Part shown: positions 54,892 through 64,000 of the stretch, one piece after another
Layout: the number at the start of each line of letters is the position of its first letter
Position numbering within the stretch: position 1 is the stretch's first letter
DNA from: Fimbriosthenelais zetlandica
Taxonomy: Eukaryota
Reading direction: 5' to 3'
Assembly (NCBI GenBank): GCA_977030845.1
Contig: OZ365110.1
Coordinates: 45,198,001-45,262,000, forward strand
Length of the DNA stretch: 64,000 nt
Notes under the pieces: generated by a model
Database searches by the model: none
Seen by the model: only the letters and a program-made list of their open reading frames with translations
What the model was told of the DNA's origin: nothing
Position numbers and translations under genes: made by a program

Positions 54892-57478
54892 TAATCACGG
54901 TGAATCCAAGGGGGTCACTTTCAAACTGTACACACATAAGGATCTCACGGATTTCTCACAGTGGTTTAAGACACCTTAATGGGCTTACTCTCACCTAATT
55001 CGGACCTGATCAATAGTTTTTGTAGGTGTTTGAGTTGGCTGACATGTCTGACCAGGTTTCCAACACAAGCTGACTGATCGATTACTCATTCTATAGAAGT
55101 ACATGTAACAAAACATGTTCAGTCATAATTACTGGCCAGGTAGGCTAAAATGTGTATAGAATTACATGGAGGCCTATTCCATCCGGGGTATTCCATTGCT
55201 ACTGGCGGCATGACACACTAAATTACATCTCTCAATTCTCATCCATTTCACAAATGGGCACATACAATTACAGGAATAAAATGCCCAACAGTACATTTAT
55301 TCCATTCTAAACATTATTGACTCCGAGTATTGACTGCATGGGCTGTCCACTTCCAATCGAAATTGGTCTCTCATGTTCAATTCTAAAGGAGTCAGTTGAG
55401 AAAAAGGAGAAAAAGAGACCCCTGGTCACCCTAACTGACCGCTCCATGTCATGACATTCAGATGTAACATGCTCCCCTTTTTGCTTATTCACATACATGG
55501 CACCATAATTGTTGAACACGATTGATTGACAAGTTATGCCCCGCCCCCATGCATGTTGTTCCCAGGGTCCTGGGGCCAATCGTCTCACATCTCAGTGACG
55601 AAAAACACACATAAAAGCGCGCTCATTTCCATAGCCTAAACTTTCTGTACTCACAGGGAATAATTGAATAGAGCCGGGCAGTGTAAAGAATTTATAATGG
55701 CGTTAAGGCAATAGAGAGAGAAGTTTATAGCAGTATGTCGAGAAAGAAAGGGGAGAGAGAAATAATATATCAAGGCAGAGAAAAGGAGAGATGGAAGAAG
55801 AAAGATCACTGACACTGGCGTAATAACAAAGAATAAGAAGAATGACCCAATGCAGTGATGCCTCAAACCCCAAGTCTTATATCTTCAGATTCTGCGCAAC
55901 TTGGGCCTCAAATGGATACAATCTCTCCTCCGAGACATGATTTGCAATTCCCCCATCGGGTGGGGGCACACCAGGCGCCAGCCATTAGTCCAGCTATCAC
56001 GTGATAAGAGCGAGAAATTGCGAGATTTGCGGGCGTGGTCCGATGTGACCTGCTCCTACGAAATGCAAAGGCGAGTCAATAGGCTTGACCTTATTCTGAG
56101 GTTAACAATGACACCCTATAACGCGGCAATCCTGTAAAAACCCCCACAAAACGAGACAGTTTTACATTTCTTAGTGCCGGCCTTAATTCAATTGTACCCA
56201 GTAAATATCACCCGTGATGTAGCCTAACATGCAACCTTTATAAATTCCATTTGAAAATACGGAATATCACTAATTCTTTAGAAGTGTAGGATTCCCTTTC
56301 GTCAGCTATAGGGTTCCCTTTCGTCAGCTCTCTAACACCGGAACTTCATACAACACTTTTTGTCAGCCCTACTGAGCGACCAGGATGACCACGTGACACC
56401 TCGCTTCTCTTAATGGCCGCTAGGAGCCACCTGTGCCCCGGTGCGCATGCCCAGTAAAGTGACAGTATGGCCTTTTCCACGCATTCAACACAGGGCCGGA
56501 CTGTTAGTAAAATTGATTCGCTAAATTTTCGCGCATGAATAAAATATGCTTGTATGTGCAGAGGCGGCTCCGGGGCATGATGGGAGAGGCAGCCACGCCC
56601 AGTCTCGTAGGTGGCGAGAGTTGGCGCTTTACGGCAAGAGCGGTTCTTCCGGCAGATATTAGCGCCATCTAATGATGGAACTGGGTCATAAATATATAGG
56701 GCCTTCAACACCTTCTTTGTATAAACATGGGAATCGGGCGATTATAATTAAGCATGTGAATCACACGCCCCCACATTTGTCTTTAATGAAGTGTTAGAGC
56801 GCTCAGTTGGTTGCATGGGGCCCATAATGGTTTTCAAAAAGGATACAACTTATGTTTAATATTTCAAAAATGGCAGGTGATCGCCGAACGATCATTTCCT
56901 CTTACTGCAGGTGGATTGGATTGTAAATTTTGCAGAAGAGACTGGCTTTGCACAGTTAACAACAATATCCATGCTACCTTTGGCATAAACCTATGGATTT
57001 TATTTGTTAGCCGTATTTTAGAATGAACCAATAACACCTCCAGGATTTCTATGGATACCAGAGTGTCCAAAAATTATACAGCTTGAATTTGGTCAACTCC
57101 ATTTAGGTTCTGTTAAGAACAGCACGAGTATCATTATAGGGAGTGTTCCAGTATCATCTACTTCTACCTGAATGAGCTGCTCCCCCTACTATGGAATGGT
57201 AGAGGGACGGGGAACCAATTGGAAAACAGGGCGGGGCGTCTGGAGAATCTAATTTAATTGTGATTATAGCGAGTTTAAAAAATCAAACAGAATCATAGAT
57301 GACTGTCAGAATCACGCAGGCCATACACAACACTGCATAAAATATAATGCCTCCACATTAAATAGATGGGCTTTTAGTTTAGCTGAGAATTCAACTAAAA
57401 CGCACAATATAACTTTGCTTAAATGTTACTAATATAAATTATACTTAGCCAAAGTTGACCAAGGAAAGGAACTTCTAG

Positions 57479-57560
57479 CACTCACCTGAAAATATATAAA
57501 GGAATATGCATAAGAACATGAATTTCAAGGACATAAAATCATTCAAGTCAGTAAATAAAA
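57479..57560 (-). other. recursive-splice-site-like motif: TTCCTTTATATATTTTCAG|GTGAGTG
   Basis: The junction is at 57486/57485. About 80 nt upstream are AG-free and contain a branch-point-like TACTGAC. Confidence 0.55.
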
Positions 57561-58278
57561 CCATAGATCTATGTTATGACTACCAGCAATTAAGTTACAG
57601 AGAGGTGTCCAGTGGAGGTCCTAGATTCCATTCATGAAGAATATAAACTAGTCATCTGACGTAAATATTTAATTATTAACTGTTTAATATTTCAGATAAA
57701 ACTAACAGTCACACATGGCTGACTCAGGGCAATTTTCCAACATCAGCTTTAAAGTGAGAAGCAATAAAACAGAATAGATATATTATTAAAGACTAGAAAA
57801 AACGTGTCAAAGAACACCGGCAGCGAATCATTTTATGATTCATCTTCAAAATCTTTTGTACTTTGAAGTTTCATATTAAAATTGATTCGACAAATAAAAA
57901 TTTCTCTCATAAATGAATGGCGTCTCTAGACGCATAAATAATAGAAAATTTTTAATCGATAAATATTATAACAGGGAGCCTATAGATCCACTGATTTTGG
58001 TAGAAAATATAAAACAGATTAAAAGTAATCAAATTTTAACATATACTACATCTGATTCAAAATAAGTATTTTGATTGCTCATTCTGTGCACATTTTGGAT
58101 GAGCGCTTTTGCAATGGATCTCGTTGGATCGTGACGCGAGTGATTTAGTATCGCGAGACCTGATTTGATTAAGTGGTCAGTTCCATCCAATGATCGTAAA
58201 GTCCGATTGATGCCACCCTAGTTCAGGGGTGGCCATGTCTCCATAGCTGACCCCTCCTCATCCCCAGTTCACCCCAAA

Positions 58279-58295
58279 TGACCTCAGAGTGACCT
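58279..58295 (-). promoter_or_regulatory. perfect DR5 nuclear-receptor element
   Basis: AGGTCA ctctg AGGTCA on the minus strand. Confidence 0.5.
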
Positions 58296-61200
58296 GGATC
58301 CTATATGGGTGGACTGGAACTTAGGACAAAGCATGGTTGCGGGTATGAGTGAGGGTGAAGGCACATCTTAATCCAGGGCGGTCCTTAATCATACAATCAC
58401 TCATCATCAGCAATATCTGGATCCCACCGAACGCATTGCCTTTGACCTTCGACACCTAGATATCCCCCTCTACAAGATAATATTTTGACCCACTTCTCCA
58501 TGGATAATACAGAAGTAGGAATCCTACCTAATTACTACTTACAGAGATGTTCAAAACATGTCCAAAATAAAATTCAATTCCAAGAAGGCCTATACCAGTA
58601 TCTTCTTCATAACTGTTATTACACTCATCAGTGGGAGCAGGTGTGAGCAAAATATGTGGGAAATGGGTCTGCGCGGGTGTATGTAGGCCGACACTCTATA
58701 TTCAACGGCTCCTAACAGATAGAAAGCCATTACTGGTTATCATCTGTTTTCCAAGAAATACTGAATGCTGATTAAGAATGTCTCGAAATTACTAGTGTCC
58801 TGTTCACCTGTACCGGTATATAAAACACTACTATGTCTAGATAAAGATATTATATGAGGATTCTAGAATATGAATCCGTTCAGACACGAGGAGCAATGAA
58901 TTTAGAAGCCACAATGCAATTTTACTCTGTTATCCCATGATACGGTAATTACTATCAAAAGTATCAAAATTCCTGTGAGAAATTAAAGTTCGTTTCGTTA
59001 GGTAGAATAAGGGTCTGTAATTTCGATGAAAGCTACATTTTATCATCATCAGAGGCCAAAATCCACGTGGTATCATGGCTGCGGCCTTAAAGGATCAGAT
59101 CACATCGATGTGGGGCATGGTCGGGAGCACTGAGTCACCCATTCCCTCCTCTCTCTTGATCAGGGTATAGACCCAGTATGGGGGGTCGATGTCTTATCTA
59201 TAGCCTATATATACCCCTTACACCAGTGACACTCAGATCAGATTTAGGGGCGAGAGACTCCCTTTATATCTTGTAAGTGTAATAATCAATCTACACTATC
59301 CTATGCACAGTACTCTCACCCGAGAAATGTATGGTAAAAGACCAAAGACCAAAAGGAAGTGACTGTTATATAGGCTTAACATAATATTTCTTATCAGCTT
59401 ACTTTCCTGGGATATTATCCCATTGATCATCTTACTGTTTCAATGGTTTATCATTGGCATAACATGCAGTAATTTCGGCATTAGATGGCTGAAGGGGTAT
59501 TCTAATGCTAAGTAATTTGTCTAATGCATTAGGGGCAATAGGCTAGATTAAAATGGCAGCACTAGTCTACAAACTGCTGACACTGACATTTTGTGGTTTT
59601 GTAACTCGTTAAGCACTGATAAAGACCCCTGATAAGCACCATATAGATCACTCTGTTGCTAGAATTGACTTTGGATTGTCTGAGTGATATTAGGAACAGT
59701 TACGGTATTCAGGTCGAGGATCAAGATGGATTGAGTGAACGTCAGTCCTCCAAAGCAGCGCGCCTGGGGCGCCACCACCCGGCTCAGGTCATACGACCCA
59801 GCAACGCACTCAGTGACCCCCGCTCCATGGTCAACAATACCAGGAGCCTAGGGGACAAAATCAGTCACCGGAAAATTCTTCACAAACCCCAGGAAAACAA
59901 TACAAACAATGGCTATATTTTTACCACCATTTCACCCTGCCCTCGGCATACATTCACATTGATATGGCCAGGTCTATATATATGTGCAGCAATATTTAGA
60001 ATTGGATGATGTATTCTTGCGGTTCTTTGGACCCATTTCTTTTGACAAGTGAGAAGGAAAGAAGGAGGCAAACCTTTAATCAATAAGGCGCTTTGGACTG
60101 ATGGGACAAACCACAAGCTGACAGCCAACTAATCAGTGCCAGCTAGGACATCTGTTGTTCAGGAAAATAAACCATTACTTCCCGCTGACAAAGGGCCTTA
60201 CATATTGCCACGGAATGTTGGGTGAGGTTAGGGTAGTCCCCTCACTAATTACGTGCCTCTCTCATATATTTCCTAACTATTAACCACCCCCATTTACCTA
60301 TTTCCAATACAAAAATAATCATTTTCTAGATCCTGCTATGACGTAAACACTTCTTGCCCATAGGTCTATTATAAAAAAATATATCCTGATTATATAGGCC
60401 CAATTAACTTGAAAAGTTAAAATTATTTCAAATAAAAAATGGCAAATATCCTAGTAAAGACCATTATTATTACTTAATTTCGCGAATATAATAAGTATCA
60501 AGTTTCTTAAATTACATTAGCCTAGAAATTGACTAATTAGGCAGTATGCCTAAGAAAGAAAATGCCCTGAAGCACAAGATGCTGCGTCAAATTTAATTAT
60601 CATGAATTAACCAAGTAAGATAAAGAATAACTTATAGCTGAACTATAGGCCTAGGCTATTAAAGCTGGAACAGAGCCTCAGCCATTTAGCATGGACCTTT
60701 ATCTACAAGAAGGCCTATACGAGATCCAATAGAAATCAAACAGGATAATAGGCCTAAATACACAAACAATCCTCATATATGTATGGCCTACAGCTGGGCT
60801 GATTAGATGTAGGTCAGGGTTGAGTGGGTGAGAGAAGGCATGTTTGCCTGATGAGAGAGAGACAGACAGTCAGTCATCAGAGAATTGTTACATTCTATCA
60901 TATCTGGGCCAATGTGACATTGTGTTCTCTTGATGACTATGCCTCTGATGTGGTTGCTTTGCACGGTTTGTGATTCACCATTTTGTGGCCATCTCTGAGT
61001 TGCCAAGTTATTGAGTGTGTTGTGTGTGTGCTAGTGATGTCAGAGGATGTGCTCTCGGATGGAGGTACGGCTGGTAGGGATGTCGGCAGCCATTTTGTAC
61101 CGAATGACCCCGACGTGAAAATGCACTCGATGGCCTTTGGTTGGTGTAGTGGTGGTGGTGGACCCACATGAATGAGGATGGGTGGATATGGTGGGTAGAG

Positions 61201-62129
61201 GGAGTGATGGGGATGGGTTGGGGATGTGTGAATGTGGGAAGGGGGAAAGTATCTTGAAGGTGTTAATAGGTTTTAATCGTTCAGCCTCACGAAACCCCAA
61301 AACAATGCTGAATGGTGGCAGAAAGGCCCTTCAAAGGGCCTGCCAGGTGTGATGACAGGGAGGGAGGGGGAGTCTAATAATGTATAGGCCTAAGCAAATT
61401 ATGATATAGCCGAATTAAATTATTCCTTATTATGAATACTTTTTAGGGAGAAATTGGATGGGTTTACAGAAATTTTCCTGCAGGTGAAGACCAATAATGA
61501 ACGGATAAACCTCGGAGGGTATTGAGGACCCAAATCCACTGACCCTGTCAATAATAAGCTTTTAATGGGTCAGATGTTCTTTTGGTCTAATATAGACATT
61601 TCAGTCCTGTTCCTCACGCCCTCTGCAAGCGAATATGCCTATTAGGCCAATATTATACACATGGCCACGTAAAATTTAATATACAAAGGTAGCCAGCCAT
61701 ACAGGGTAGAGGAGAGTAGGAGTTGTGGATATGCAGGGTGGGTGGGATTAACTGAGAGGGGAAGTTTGAATGTATTATTACAACTTATGATGGGGGCGTG
61801 TCGGGCATTAGAGACTCATAAAACGCGCAGACTCCAGCTGTTATCAGCTGGGAGATGGGTGGAAGAAGGGTGTGGACATGTTATCCCTGGCCACATCAAG
61901 TACAGACAGCTGGCACATCAAAACACTTCATCCTTCTTCATATAGCAAGCAAATAAAGAAAACAATCCCAGGTTGACAAAACCAAGACCTTCCTTCCATG
62001 GAGGGATGCGGAACATCATAACCATAATCTACTGCAGATAGATAATATCAGTGCGGCGACAATATTTGTCTAGAGGTACAACTAATATTGAAAAATGCAG
62101 CAGGAGTACAATGTCCGGCAATCGAGATA

Positions 62130-62167
62130 CTCTATCCTTAGAGTAAAATTTTACTCTAAGCTCTATC
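62130..62167. repeat. perfect 24-bp palindrome flanked by 7-bp direct repeats
   Basis: CTCTATC-[CTTAGAGTAAAATTTTACTCTAAG]-CTCTATC. Confidence 0.85.
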
Positions 62168-63172
62168 ACAATTCAATGCCTGGGACATTATTTGCCCAAG
62201 TGTAGTTTGTCATAAACAAACTTGATTACCGAAGCCTCGTTCCTTCCATTTCCAAATGAATAATTTGTTTTTATGTACTTTTGAACTGACAAATAGAACC
62301 ACTATAGCTATATCTATATTCTATAGCTATAATTCGTATAGATTTACATTAAAAGTAGGGATACATCTCCGTTTTATAGGCCTATCAAAATCCAGAAATT
62401 ATTGAAACTCCATGCGTGAGGACATGTATAGAGAAATAAGTCAAAGAAAAAAACGGTGGTGGTGCTATTTGTCAAAATTTGCCATATTTACATTCACCTG
62501 GTGAATGCACTGCTGTCTACCCCTTTGTTGCCCATATAAACAGGACCACACATGTCGGCAGGGGCAGGTAGGGATGTGGCACCATTTTTACCAGACCAAG
62601 CCAACAGGACCTCCCCTATCTCTCACAAAGAAGATAATTTACCAACACGAAACAACCACATGATATTGACCTACGCAATTTATACCACCAACATAAGATG
62701 GTCTTCATAATAATCGTTCATTTGATCAGCCATTTTGTGATGGATGTAAAAATGCTGTGGGTACAATCTATGTTGTTTTACGGTTGTCTTAGATTTCTTT
62801 CTCCGACTAAGGGCTCAGGTGGGTTAAGATCAACCGGATCTTAGACGGAGCTTCTTTCATTCCTTCAGAACCAAAGACTAACCAACCTAGTTTGATTAAG
62901 TTTGTGTCAACCTAAGTATCAGTATCGACGCGGGACTATAAAATTACATACCCTGATAAAGACTAATCATCTTGAAGAAAGTGACTTTTAGGCTATATAC
63001 TTGGGACAGGTCGATGTACTATCGAGTTGAGGAAAAATCTAAACATTAAAATATTAATACAAAGAGTGAGTATTAAATTTCTAAAAATACCATGTTCAAT
63101 GAAGATGAATGAATCACATTATAACATGTTCATGTTTTTGTATCCGTGATTAGTCATGTTTAATATACGGTG

Positions 63173-63190
63173 GGGTCAGTGACCTGACCC
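63173..63190. promoter_or_regulatory. perfect IR1 (EcRE/FXRE-type) element with an overlapping extra half-site
   Basis: GGGTCA g TGACCT, then overlapping TGACCC. Confidence 0.45.
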
Positions 63191-63433
63191 GGCAGCTATC
63201 TCCTTCTGACCTAATCTCCATGACCCTTACAACACACTGCACAACCTCAAAGCACTTCTTTCCGCATCTAAACACAGGGAATGTGAAAAGAAAAAAAATT
63301 AAAACCAAAACATAATGAAAAAATATTGCTGGTGTCCTTTGTGCCAACACTCCGGCTTTGGGGAGTGAGGAAGAGGACATCCGGGACTACTTTCTTGAAA
63401 CAATAAACAATATTCATACACCCGGTTTGGCTT

Positions 63434-63447
63434 GCGCCATCTGGTGC
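63434..63447. promoter_or_regulatory. CTCF-like motif GCGCCATCTGGTGC
   Basis: 13/14 match to the core GCGCCMYCTRGTGG. Single-motif evidence only. Confidence 0.3.
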
Positions 63448-64000
63448 GGTGGAAAGGGCTTGAGGGAGAGGGCCCGCAGCCACAGTCTACCACCGATTTG
63501 TGACAGGAGGGCAATTTAAAGGCAAGGTCCAAAACAAGAACCTGATTGTTCTACACGGAGCTCGAGTTTCAGGCCTGACCGAGTTTACCTCATGCAACAG
63601 GCGGTGGTAGGCTACTGAGGTAATGTTGAGGTAATAGGTCATAACACGCACACCCTGAGCGATAATGGAGGAAAACAAGGAGGCTGTATACTGTCCTTAG
63701 CTGCCATGTGCTGAGGGCATGCCCTGAATTTTGGTCAGAACAGGCCCACGGCCTCAGGCACTTCCTTTCTTTACTATCATCAACATATATTTTAAACCTT
63801 TTTGCTTTGCTTTCTTACATATTTTGCAAAATATCACGGAGGTCGAACCCTACCATTAATAAAATTGATTTAAATAGGTCTACCGCCGTTTAGTAGATGA
63901 ACTATAGGGATTTTAACCAATGATTTCTCAGGCAAACTACAAATACAAGTACCAAAATATTTGCAGAAGCTTTGATTCAACTTGGAATGCATCTGCAGTT

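Noticed and set aside
63420-63435. 16-mer ACCCGGTTTGGCTTGC shared with the PBS region of the LTR element (43291-43306)
   Set aside because: The flanks do not align, and roughly one 16-mer match is expected by chance in 64 kb.

Overview
AT-rich invertebrate (metazoan) genomic DNA. It is dominated by one large minus-strand gene, a nuclear receptor of the HR96/NR1J (DAF-12/HR96, VDR-related) group. Four coding exons can be phased by hand into one continuous frame: 28411-28113, 23801-23635, 8480-8343 and 7988-7205. The 5' end is not resolved and probably lies above 28.4 kb. The upstream/intronic region holds four main points of interest. (i) A very young, complete, non-autonomous LTR retrotransposon at 42708-45671, with apparently identical 572-bp LTRs, a CAAC target-site duplication, PBS and PPT. 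It has no recognisable gag/pol but carries an intact 507-aa Q-rich/acidic-repeat ORF and three stacked hairpin-PPT modules. (ii) Two matching TTTTCAG|GTGAGTG recursive-splice-like sites on the gene's sense strand. (iii) Several dense clusters of nuclear-receptor RGGTCA half-sites, including perfect DR4, DR5 and IR1 elements. (iv) A candidate alternative first exon/promoter. The rest is simple repeats, a 60-bp minisatellite and decayed coding-like relics. No rRNA, tRNA gene or CRISPR array was seen. All assignments are by eye, with no database searches.
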